This document shows positions 8,601 to 17,102 of a stretch of DNA of 26,848 nt, in pieces. The translations under genes and the position numbers were made by a program. Each line of letters starts with the position of its first letter. Positions within the stretch are counted from its first letter, which is position 1. The stretch is from Candidatus Micrarchaeaceae archaeon (lineage in GTDB: Archaea; Micrarchaeota; Micrarchaeia; Micrarchaeales; Micrarchaeaceae): contig JBEKES010000010.1 in assembly GCA_050013715.1 (NCBI GenBank), positions 1 to 26,848 on the forward strand, read 5' to 3'. Below the pieces are notes generated by a model. The model ran no database searches. It was not told the origin of the DNA and worked only from the letters and a program-made list of their open reading frames with translations.

Positions 8601-9122
8601 TCAGCCTGTTTTTATATTTATTGTTGCCATCTGTACATATTTTGGGGTTTGATTATTTGTCAGAGTATATTGTGCCCATATAAAACCTGTCGCAGTTGTT
8701 CCTATAGTAACTGGTGCAGTTGTACCATTAACTGCAAGCCATATATCTACAGGTTCTATCCATTTAACTCCATTTTTTGCATATGCAGTATTTGCAGGGT
8801 ATGAGATAAATGATATTTTAGGTATACCATTATTAGAAGGCGTACCTATAGGAACAAAAACAAAATTTGCACTTGTCCATGTTGTCCAATTATTTAAACC
8901 TAATGTTAATTCTATATACCCATTTTGATGATAAAAAGTATTTTTACATGAGAACCCTGAATTTGCTACACATGCATTCCCAGTAATTGCGCCACCCGGA
9001 CTTGCAAAAAATAGTAAATAAACTATTACAACAACTAAAATCAAAAGAGCAAAAATACCTAAAATCAAATTTTCTCTTGATTTTCTATCTGATCTTATCA
9101 AAGGTTTTTTATCAATTTTCAT
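8601..9122 (-). CDS. Membrane-anchored pilin-like surface protein
   Basis: Single N-terminal TM followed by ACVANSGFSC (C-x4-GF-x-C) and a beta-rich domain ending GFIWAQYT; no clear class III cleavage site. Confidence 0.65.
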   Translation of the reverse strand: MKIDKKPLIRSDRKSRENLILGIFALLILVVVIVYLLFFASPGGAITGNACVANSGFSCKNTFYHQNGYIELTLGLNNWTTWTSANFVFVPIGTPSNNGIPKISFISYPANTAYAKNGVKWIEPVDIWLAVNGTTAPVTIGTTATGFIWAQYTLTNNQTPKYVQMATINIKTG

Positions 9123-9149
9123 ATACCCACTAATTTAATATTTTTATTA

Positions 9150-9428
9150 TTAAGACATATTTGGAAAAGTTATTTTCGGAATATGCCCATTTGCAGGATA
9201 ATTTCTTGTATCTAAAGTAAATATATTTATTGAACCAATAGCCAATGTATTGTCTCCACTTACTTGATACCCCATATATAATGGTTGGTATGCAAGATTT
9301 TCAGCGGCACCTTTAGATGTGTAATTTGTAGCTTTCCATTCAAGACCACCATCCCATGATAAGTCAATACTGGAAAGGTATATAAATTTATCTTTGGATT
9401 GTAATAGTTGTCTAAATTTTACGTGTAA
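9150..9428 (-). pseudogene. 3' fragment of a secreted/surface protein gene ending TRNYPANGHIPKITFPNMS*
   Basis: 92-codon open frame bounded upstream by TAA (9431-9429), with no start codon near its 5' end; the tail is repeated twice downstream. Confidence 0.6.
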
Positions 9429-9500
9429 TTAGTGTCAATTGGTTAAACAGATACTGTAGAATATTTGGAATGAAAGTTTTATTTTAGGTGGAGGAATGTC

Positions 9501-9947
9501 ATGAAGGAATTCAGCATAAGTGCAGCAATTATACTTGTTTCTAGCGACAGGAAAGTCTTGGTACTCCAGAGAAACCCGAACGATTCCTTTCCGAACAAGT
9601 GGACCGTTCCTGGCGGCAAGCTCAAGGATGTTGATTTTGATAATGTTAGCGAATTTTCCTATTATCCTGCGGAATACGCCGCAGTTCGAGAGGTAAAAGA
9701 AGAGACAGGAATTGAAGTAAAGGCAGATGAATTGGAGTTCCTATGTTCCCTGTATTTAAAGGAGATTAACAGAATCGTGATAAGCTTCTATGCAGTATTG
9801 GACAAGAAATCAGATGAATTTAAAATATCGCTGAAAGACAACCAAGACTTCAAATGGATAGGCAGCGAAGACATCAAAAGCTACGATTTCATTCCAGATA
9901 TTGGCAGCGAGATAGAAGCTGCCTACAAGAAAATAACCAAAAATTAA
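9501..9947 (+). CDS. NUDIX hydrolase
   Basis: WTVPGGK...AAVREVKEETG Nudix box; RBS GGTGGAGG. Confidence 0.9.
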   Translation: MKEFSISAAIILVSSDRKVLVLQRNPNDSFPNKWTVPGGKLKDVDFDNVSEFSYYPAEYAAVREVKEETGIEVKADELEFLCSLYLKEINRIVISFYAVLDKKSDEFKISLKDNQDFKWIGSEDIKSYDFIPDIGSEIEAAYKKITKN

Positions 9948-9948
9948 G

Positions 9949-10308
9949 TTATTTACTTATATTTGCATAGCGCTTTGCGTATTTTGTTATTACAGGTATT
10001 TCTATGTCAGTTCCTGCAGCCGCCTCGAATCCTACATACAATGCGTATAGCCATAGCAGGAAGTTCAGCACATCTGCGATTATTCCAAAAGCTACCCAAC
10101 CAAATATTATCCATATTGCTATGAAAACTATTCCGAGCAATATTGCCTGAATCGAATGCATCTTCAGTCTCTTGTCCTCTTCTCCTTTTACCAGAAGTAC
10201 AATAATCCCTGTTATCAGCAGAAGCACATACGATATTATGAAGTATATCTGCAAATCCTCCTTTGGCTTCGGATTACTAGTTGAAGTATTGCTAGTCTTT
10301 TTAGGCAT
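9949..10308 (-). CDS. DUF4870/Tic20-like small membrane protein
   Basis: ISYVL..ITGIIVLL...EDKRLKMHSIQAILL...EIPVI pattern, 3 TM. Confidence 0.7.
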   Translation of the reverse strand: MPKKTSNTSTSNPKPKEDLQIYFIISYVLLLITGIIVLLVKGEEDKRLKMHSIQAILLGIVFIAIWIIFGWVAFGIIADVLNFLLWLYALYVGFEAAAGTDIEIPVITKYAKRYANISK

Positions 10309-10409
10309 AATATTACCAAATTTGTTTCTCTGGTTAGTTATATATAGCTATGCTGATGCATTGCAGATAAATTCTAAGATCGAATAGGATGATCCCTAAA
10401 TTTAGCTTA

Positions 10410-10850
10410 TTAAACGTCAATGACAACAGTAGCAAGAACTTCCTTATTTTTGATTTCGATTTTTAGATTGTATCTTGTTATGGCCTTTGCATCAAGCTTG
10501 GAGTCCTTCTGTTCTGCTTTCTTTCCATATACGGAAGTAGATATCTCATAGGTATTCTTCAGCTTTCTTATTTTAACCTTGGAAACTCTGTAGGGGAATA
10601 TTGATTTTGAGTCTGCAATTGAGAGCGCATCCTGAAGTGCATACCATAAAAGATCCTCAATGGTTTTGGCCCTGTCTTTTATGATTATTTTCACTTCCTT
10701 TTGCTTTGATGCCGCAACCTTTTTCGTATAGCATATAGTATCGAATAATGCCAGGAATGCGTTGGCGAAACATTCCTCAAGATTTTTCCCCATTGCAACA
10801 AATTCCACATCGGCAGTATGATTTACGTACTTGAACTTCCTTGAGGCCAT
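10410..10850 (-). CDS. Archease (RtcB tRNA ligase cofactor)
   Basis: FKYVNHTADV N-terminal motif; KAITRYNL and a C-terminal IDV. Confidence 0.92.
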   Translation of the reverse strand: MASRKFKYVNHTADVEFVAMGKNLEECFANAFLALFDTICYTKKVAASKQKEVKIIIKDRAKTIEDLLWYALQDALSIADSKSIFPYRVSKVKIRKLKNTYEISTSVYGKKAEQKDSKLDAKAITRYNLKIEIKNKEVLATVVIDV

Positions 10851-10928
10851 TAAAACTTACCTATTATCAATCAATATAATTTTATATATTATGATATAGA
10901 TATTATTGCTTTAGGTTTAAACTAATAT

Positions 10929-10988
10929 AGTCCGATGAGGAAAAGAGTAACTACTGAAAAGTGATGAAGCCCATCTCGGCTGAGGACT
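10929..10988 (+). ncRNA. Archaeal box C/D methylation-guide sRNA
   Basis: Terminal stem AGTCC/GGACT; C box ATGAGGA 10935-10941; 12-nt guide; D' CTGA 10954-10957; C' GTGATGA 10961-10967; 12-nt guide; D CTGA 10980-10983. Confidence 0.88.
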
Positions 10989-11013
10989 TAAGTACTTTTA
11001 TTAAGGTACCACT

Positions 11014-12546
11014 ATGGCAAACAAAAAGACGAAGATACTTGGCATTTTTGTACTTTTCGTTGCCTTTCTTATTGCTTCAATAAATTCGATGGGAATAACA
11101 AATCTTAGCATACTTGATACCGATCCTGCCACATATGTTATTGTGGTAATGTTGATGCTTTTCCTGTTCATATTATTCCTTGGAAAAGAGGACATAGAAT
11201 TCGAATACAAAAGCAAAAACATAATATTTGGAGTTCTTGTCTTTTTAGTTTACCTAATACTGTTGTCGTATCTTAGGGCATCACTTTCATTCGAATTCTT
11301 TTCCTATAGAATTGATGCACTCCTTTTCCCGCTTTTGCTGCTCTCATTCATCATAACGATATTTGGAATTTGAAGCCTTAGGAAGCTTTTTCCAATAATT
11401 ATATACTCTGTTTTCGCCTCTCCTTTCCTGCTATTGCCTTTGCTCAATCTGAATGCGGGTTTCGCCAATGTGAATGCAAATATAATATACAATTTTGTCA
11501 GGGCGTTGGGAGTTAATGCATCCAAGGTTGGCTTGGTAATCACTTCGGCTTCAGGCTCAAGCATAACCATATCTACTACCTGCGTTTCGCTAGGAACGTT
11601 CATTGCTTTTGTAATGTTTCTTATTCCGCTTGCCTATCTCTATGATGGCAAATTGAAAAACAAAATTTACTGGATTTTTTCAGGGATTGTACTGATAGTG
11701 GCACTTAATCTATTGAGGATGCTCTCAATAACACTTGTTTGGGTCTATTACGGCATAAACAGCGCAGCTAGCCTGTTCCATACTTTTGCAGGGCAGATCA
11801 TCTTTTACGCTGCGATAATAATTATGGTGCTTCTCTATTACAAATACGGCCTAGCCATAGGAAAAAGCAAAAAAAGTATTTTGAAAGATATTAAAACATT
11901 CAAATTTACCGATAAGGACATATTTATTACTTGTTTGGTTGTGGTGTTTCTTGCAATTATCGCCTTTGGATTCAGTTACAATTACAGCAATGCTGTTATC
12001 GTGCCCTCAACTCTATTAAAGAGCAATTTGCAGATAAGCCAAATACCAGTATACCAGTATGTGCTCTCGAACATGGAAAACTCCAGGAGCAATGTAATAG
12101 TTATTGAAAACACCCCTGGAGGCGCCCTCTTTTCCCTTGGAGCAAGCAATTTAACTTCAAATCAATCGATATTTGCATTGGTGAATTATACGCATCAGCT
12201 AAGCAATAGCTATAATGTTCTATCGTATAATTCTTCTGCGAAGCACCATTATCTTCTTAGGAATGGAATTACACTAACAGCACAGACAGCATATTCGGGA
12301 AATTACCTTTTTGATGTAAATTATTTCAGCGCACCCTATGAATTAAATAGCACATCAGCAACAATTGTTGACTATGTTCTTTTCAGGGAACAGAACTCGA
12401 GCGCAATTTACTGCAACGCATTCAACTACAGTTCTGATGCCCCAGAATATATTGAATCGTACATATATAATTTGATAGATAGCGGCAACTACAACAATAA
12501 AGGCTTGATATGCCAAAGCTATCTCATAGCATCTTCGATAAAGTGA
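11014..12546 (+). pseudogene. Exosortase/archaeosortase-family protein interrupted by one in-frame TGA (11371-11373)
   Basis: ORFs 11014..11373 and 11434..12546 share a frame, and 11374-11433 reads SLRKLFPIIIYSVFASPFLL with no other stop. Triad motifs TTCVSLG (Cys), LNLLRM (Arg) and FHTFAG (His) are present. Confidence 0.75.
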
Positions 12547-12550
12547 GAAC

Positions 12551-13111
12551 TTGAATAAAAATAATGAAATAAGAAAGCTAAATCTTGAGTACAGCAAATT
12601 GCCCAGCATTAGTAAAGAATGGGATTTGAGCAGCAGATTTGTGCCAGGTGAAGGTCCGTTGAACGCAGAGATAATGCTGGTAGGACAGGCACCAGGAAGA
12701 AACGAGGACATTCAACTAAGACCATTCATAGGCACTAGCGGCAAGTTCCTTGACAAGTTGATAGGACTTGCAGGACTGGAGCGCGGCAACGTTTACATTT
12801 GCAGCGTTGTGCAGTTCTTCCCGCCAGAAAACAGGATACCTACAGACCAAGAGGTTGAAATGTGCAAACCTTTCCTGCTTAGGCAAATTGAGATAGTGAA
12901 TCCTAAATTGATAATCATGCTTGGCTCCCTGTCCTGCAAAACATTGGCAGATGTTGAGCAAGTTTCAAAGAATCATGGCAAGATGATAAAAAAAGAAAAT
13001 GTAAACTACTTCGTAAGCTTGCATCCTTCAGCCGCTGTAAGGATAAGGACAAAAATGCCGATAATGGAAAAGGATTTCAGAAGATTGAAGCAGCAAATAA
13101 AGAAGCTTTGA
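12551..13111 (+). CDS. udg: Uracil-DNA glycosylase, family 4-like
   Basis: VPGEG...MLVGQAPGRNED...PFIGTSGKFL, PPENR and LHPSA motifs. Confidence 0.88.
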   Translation: MNKNNEIRKLNLEYSKLPSISKEWDLSSRFVPGEGPLNAEIMLVGQAPGRNEDIQLRPFIGTSGKFLDKLIGLAGLERGNVYICSVVQFFPPENRIPTDQEVEMCKPFLLRQIEIVNPKLIIMLGSLSCKTLADVEQVSKNHGKMIKKENVNYFVSLHPSAAVRIRTKMPIMEKDFRRLKQQIKKL

Positions 13112-14542
13112 TCATTTGCCGCGCTTCTCCATTGGGAAGAGTATTACCTCCTTTATCGAGCTTTTGTTAGTAAGGAGCATAACAAGCCTGTCTATCCCCA
13201 TTCCTAGGCCTCCAGTTGGAGGCATCCCGTATTCCATGGCTTCTATGAACTCCATGTCCATGGGCTCGGCCTCCTTGTCTCCGCCTGCGCTCTTCTTTGC
13301 CTCTTCGTCGAAGTTTTCTTTCTGTATTATAGGATTATTGAGCTCCGAATAAGCATTTGAAAGCTCAACTCCGTCAATGTAAAGCTCGAATCTCTCGACC
13401 AATTGCGAATTTCCTCTCTTCGGCCTTGTGAGGGGAGATGTCTCCTTTGGAAAGTCTATGACAAATGTTGGTTGCACAAGCTCTGGCTGTACAAGAGTTT
13501 CAAGCAGTTTGCCATAGGCATGTGCCCTATTTCTCTTTCCTTTTTCGAATTTTATGCCATTGCCTTCCGCAAGCTTAAACAATTTAGCATCGCTTAATTC
13601 AAGCACATCTGCACCTACTTTTTCATTAATGCTGTCTATGAATTTTATCCTCTTGAAAGGGGTTTTGAAGTTTATCTTTTTTTCTTGGTACTCTATTTCA
13701 TGCTTGCCGAACAATTCCTTGACTATGTGAGAAAGCATTTCTTCATTGATCGACATCATATCATTGTAATCAGCATAGGCCTGGTACCATTCTACCATTG
13801 TGAATTCAGGACTATGCGTTGTATCAAGATCCTCATTTCTAAAATCCCTGCATATTTCATAGACCTTGTCGAATCCTCCTATGATAAGTCTTTTCAAGTA
13901 TAATTCGTCAGCAATCCTGAGATAATCTTCCTCTCCCAATGTATTAACAAATGTCTTAAACGGCTCCGAATCAGCTCCTCCGTAAAGAGGCTGTATTATT
14001 GGCGTTTCAAATTCAAGGAATCCCTTTTCGTCAAGGAAGCTCCTTATCAATGATATTATTCTATTCCTTTTTATGAAAATTTCCCTCACTTCCTCATTCA
14101 TTATAAGGTCAAGGTATCTTTTTCTGTATCTTATTTCAACATCCTGGACCCCATGCCATTTGTCCGGAAGGTTCCTGATCGCCTTTGAAAGAAGAGAATA
14201 CTCGCTCGCCTTTACGCTTATTTCTCCAGAAGTAGTCTTGATAACAATTCCATTTACGCCGATTATGTCCCCAGTATTAAGCTTCTTGACATTTCCGAAA
14301 GTTTCCTCGCCTAAAGTGGAATAGTCAAAATATATCTGTATTTTCCCATGCCTGTCCAAAAGGTCAGCAAATGCAATTTTGCCAGATTTCCTTAAGCCAA
14401 TAACTCTTCCGGCTATTGCTATTTCCTTGTTTTCAAATTTTGAATAATTGTCCTTTATCTCTTTTGATGAGTTTGTGATGCGCCATGAATAGGGAAGTGA
14501 TGAAATAAATTTGCTTAGCTCTTCCTGGTCTTTTTTGTCCAT
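13112..14542 (-). CDS. lysS: Lysyl-tRNA synthetase, class II
   Basis: N-terminal OB fold; RYRKRYLDL; motif 2 FRNEDLDTTHSPEFT; motif 3 YGMPPTGGLGMGIDRLVM. Confidence 0.97.
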   Translation of the reverse strand: MDKKDQEELSKFISSLPYSWRITNSSKEIKDNYSKFENKEIAIAGRVIGLRKSGKIAFADLLDRHGKIQIYFDYSTLGEETFGNVKKLNTGDIIGVNGIVIKTTSGEISVKASEYSLLSKAIRNLPDKWHGVQDVEIRYRKRYLDLIMNEEVREIFIKRNRIISLIRSFLDEKGFLEFETPIIQPLYGGADSEPFKTFVNTLGEEDYLRIADELYLKRLIIGGFDKVYEICRDFRNEDLDTTHSPEFTMVEWYQAYADYNDMMSINEEMLSHIVKELFGKHEIEYQEKKINFKTPFKRIKFIDSINEKVGADVLELSDAKLFKLAEGNGIKFEKGKRNRAHAYGKLLETLVQPELVQPTFVIDFPKETSPLTRPKRGNSQLVERFELYIDGVELSNAYSELNNPIIQKENFDEEAKKSAGGDKEAEPMDMEFIEAMEYGMPPTGGLGMGIDRLVMLLTNKSSIKEVILFPMEKRGK

Positions 14543-14595
14543 TGAATCATATAAGATAAGTCAGAAAAGTATAAAAACAGTCTTATAAGAGACAT

Positions 14596-14853
14596 TTAAC
14601 AATCAGTATCTTTGCTGCTTATTCTCTTCTCACGCATTACTTCATTTATTATTCTTTTTGTTCTTGCACTAATCTGGGGATGTTTTGCAAGAGTAGATAA
14701 TTCACCATTATCATGAGATCTTAGATATGTCTTGAGTTTTCTTAAAGTCTCGGGTTGATTCAGGTTACCACTTGATGGCATACTGCGCATGAATTTTTTA
14801 AAACTTATAAGGTTTAAATTCGCTGTGTTTGTAGTTTCTCTTACAGTCATCAT
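14596..14853 (-). CDS. Hypothetical basic protein
   Basis: 85-aa ORF with GGTAAT RBS-like sequence and a TATA-like element upstream; no recognised motif. Confidence 0.5.
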   Translation of the reverse strand: MMTVRETTNTANLNLISFKKFMRSMPSSGNLNQPETLRKLKTYLRSHDNGELSTLAKHPQISARTKRIINEVMREKRISSKDTDC

Positions 14854-14910
14854 ATCATTACCGGATTCTTATGAAGAAAAAAAGTATTTATAGCTTTTGT
14901 ACATTTACTG

Positions 14911-15189
14911 CTAGACTTGCTCAACTATTTCATGACGCCTTAAATGTTTTTTTGAAATGAAGGTAACTACATGATGAGGAGTATAGCGCGTTTCTTCGCT
15001 ATATAACGTTCTTAACATGGCTGAATTAGTTGGGCTTTCTGCTTTACGAATTTGGTCTTCAACCCTAATTAAAACCGCCAATCCATGTGGGCTTATTTCG
15101 CCAATATGGTAAACAAATCCATCGTTTTTTCCTTTTTCACGACTTACTACAACATAGAATTTCTTTACATCTGGTTTTGTTATACCCAT
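14911..15189 (-). CDS. Hypothetical protein
   Basis: 92-aa ORF filling the gap, ATG start; no recognised motif. Confidence 0.5.
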   Translation of the reverse strand: MGITKPDVKKFYVVVSREKGKNDGFVYHIGEISPHGLAVLIRVEDQIRKAESPTNSAMLRTLYSEETRYTPHHVVTFISKKHLRRHEIVEQV

Positions 15190-15304
15190 ATCATCATCAA
15201 TATCATTGAAGTTGCCGTAATATTTAATTATACTAGTATCCTTTTTAACATCAATAATTGTTATTTTAGCAAAAAACGCTAATGTTCGTAAGAAGAAGCA
15301 TTAT

Positions 15305-15329
15305 GAGCCTGCGTCTATAACGCAGGCCC
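15305..15329 (-). terminator. GC-rich hairpin immediately 3' of gene 15335..15913
   Basis: GCCTGCGT-ctata-ACGCAGGC (15307-15327), extendable with a G-U pair on the minus strand; a T6 tract follows about 30 nt downstream. Confidence 0.4.
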
Positions 15330-15334
15330 GAACT

Positions 15335-15913
15335 TTACTGTGGGGGTGAAACAATTAGCGTATTAGTCGTCTTGCCAGCATCATATTTGTAATATACCTT
15401 ATGCCCTAGCTGGTATCTTTCCAGCAAGCCAATCTTGTATAATCTGTTAAGCCTTGCAGAGGCAGCATTCTTTCCCTTGTAATTCATTTGTTTTTGCACT
15501 TCATCAGCTGAAGCCATTCCCTTTATCTGGACTATCTGCATTATTTTTGCATCCAATCCAGATATAGGTTGGACTTTATTCATCTTATGGTTCTCTTGCA
15601 GGTATGGGTCCTGGTCTTCTTGCTCTAAATAATCTGAAGCTAGGTTCTCTTCCAGCTTCTCTAGATTATCGGACATACCCTTAAGTATCATGTTTGTTTT
15701 CCTGTTCTCATCCATCATGTATTTCAAAAGAGTTACAAGGTTTGTGCCTGTCTCCTCAGTTCTTGATTTCTCTTCTATCAATTCCTTTATTTTCTTGGAG
15801 TTGATATTGCTCAATTGCTCTAGCTGGCTCTTCATCTTTTGAATCTCTTTTTCAGTTTCCTTTTTTGATCCCATGTCAATCCCAAATACATTCATGAAAG
15901 TTCTATGTAACAA
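15335..15913 (-). CDS. Coiled-coil protein with C-terminal winged HTH
   Basis: Heptad-rich N-half; DAKIMQIV...ASADEVQKQMNYKGKNAASARLNRLYKIGLLER wHTH. The true start is probably ATG 15874. Confidence 0.7.
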   Translation of the reverse strand: MLHRTFMNVFGIDMGSKKETEKEIQKMKSQLEQLSNINSKKIKELIEEKSRTEETGTNLVTLLKYMMDENRKTNMILKGMSDNLEKLEENLASDYLEQEDQDPYLQENHKMNKVQPISGLDAKIMQIVQIKGMASADEVQKQMNYKGKNAASARLNRLYKIGLLERYQLGHKVYYKYDAGKTTNTLIVSPPQ

Positions 15914-16084
15914 TCATGAATGAATCACGATTTTATTGTAACAGAATAAGTATTTAAATCTTTGCTAATTGCGGAAGTGACAAGAATTAGTAAATTTTCT
16001 TAATTTTATTTAACCGCAAAGTAATTACGCAATTAGTTAATAAAAAGATATGTATATTACTACAATAACATTACGACGATAAAA

Positions 16085-16516
16085 ATGGAGCACATAGCAA
16101 TAATGAAAAAATCCTGGAAACTGACTCAGAAGATTATTTCCAAGGAGAAAACTTTGGAGATGAGATGGTACAAGGCAAAATACCTGCCTTGGAACAGAAT
16201 AAATAAAGAAGATACAGTCTATTTCAAGGATTCCGGAGAGCCAGTAACAATAAAATCAAAAGTGAACAAGGTGCTTTGTTTTTCCAACCTAACCCACAAG
16301 AAAGTCAGAGATATATTGAATAAATACGGCAAGCCAGACGGATTAAACAAAAACCAGATTCGAGAATTCTCCCTGTTGTTCAAGGACAAAAATTATTGCA
16401 TTGTCATATTCCTGAAAAATGTAGAGGCAGTCGAACCTTTCCACATAAATAAAAATGGATTTGGATCAATGTCTGCCTGGATAACAGTTGCCAATGTAGG
16501 AAAATTAAGAATTTAA
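16085..16516 (+). CDS. ASCH/PUA-like domain protein
   Basis: KIISKEKTLEMR (GxKxxExR-like) and INKEDTVYFK. Confidence 0.65.
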   Translation: MEHIAIMKKSWKLTQKIISKEKTLEMRWYKAKYLPWNRINKEDTVYFKDSGEPVTIKSKVNKVLCFSNLTHKKVRDILNKYGKPDGLNKNQIREFSLLFKDKNYCIVIFLKNVEAVEPFHINKNGFGSMSAWITVANVGKLRI

Positions 16517-16572
16517 TAATTGTGAACTGCTAAAGTTTTATTAATGAGATACACATAATTATAGCTGATCAT

Positions 16573-17094
16573 ATGCAGGAAGTTTACATACCTCACGAAA
16601 GGATAAGGAAATTAAAGGATAACAAAGAATACATTCGCAGAATAGAAACTCTCTGCAAATGCAAGATAAAGATTAACGAGGATCTTATTGAAATACAGGG
16701 AGAGGCTTTTGCAGAATACGTTGCAAAAAACATAATATATGCCTTTGGCAGAGGCTTTGACATCGAGATCGCTGAAAGGCTTGCGGACAACGATTATTAC
16801 TTCAGCTCCATTGATCTTGGACAGATAATATCTAGCGATAAAAGAGTAAAGCAATTAAAGGCAAGGATTATAGGCATTAACGGCCGTACAAAAAAGTACA
16901 TAGAAGAGGTAAGTGGAGGCAAGATGAGCATTTATGGCAATACCGTTAGCTTTATAGGAACTATCAACGAAATAAATGAAATTGAAACAGCCGTAAATAC
17001 GCTTATAGATGGAGGAACCCACAAGCTTGCTTATATAAGAATGGAAGCCGCACACAGGAAAAACAAGATGGAGGCAAAAAAAGTAAGTTTTTAG
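16573..17094 (+). CDS. dim2: Dim2/Pno1 KH-domain rRNA processing protein
   Basis: AFGRGF, KARIIGINGRTKKYIEE and LIDGGTHKLAY; upstream of top6B as is common in archaea. Confidence 0.88.
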   Translation: MQEVYIPHERIRKLKDNKEYIRRIETLCKCKIKINEDLIEIQGEAFAEYVAKNIIYAFGRGFDIEIAERLADNDYYFSSIDLGQIISSDKRVKQLKARIIGINGRTKKYIEEVSGGKMSIYGNTVSFIGTINEINEIETAVNTLIDGGTHKLAYIRMEAAHRKNKMEAKKVSF

Positions 17095-17102
17095 TTGATT
17101 AG

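Noticed and set aside
8371..9185. Repeats as a CRISPR array, integron attC sites or tRNA att duplication
   Set aside because: The repeats are degenerate, irregularly spaced and conserved at protein level; there are no cas or integrase genes and no match to the tRNA-Cys 3' end.
11371..11373. Genome-wide UGA reassignment or selenocysteine
   Set aside because: TGA ends several well-defined genes in the window, the site is not a catalytic Cys position, and no SECIS-like element was recognised.
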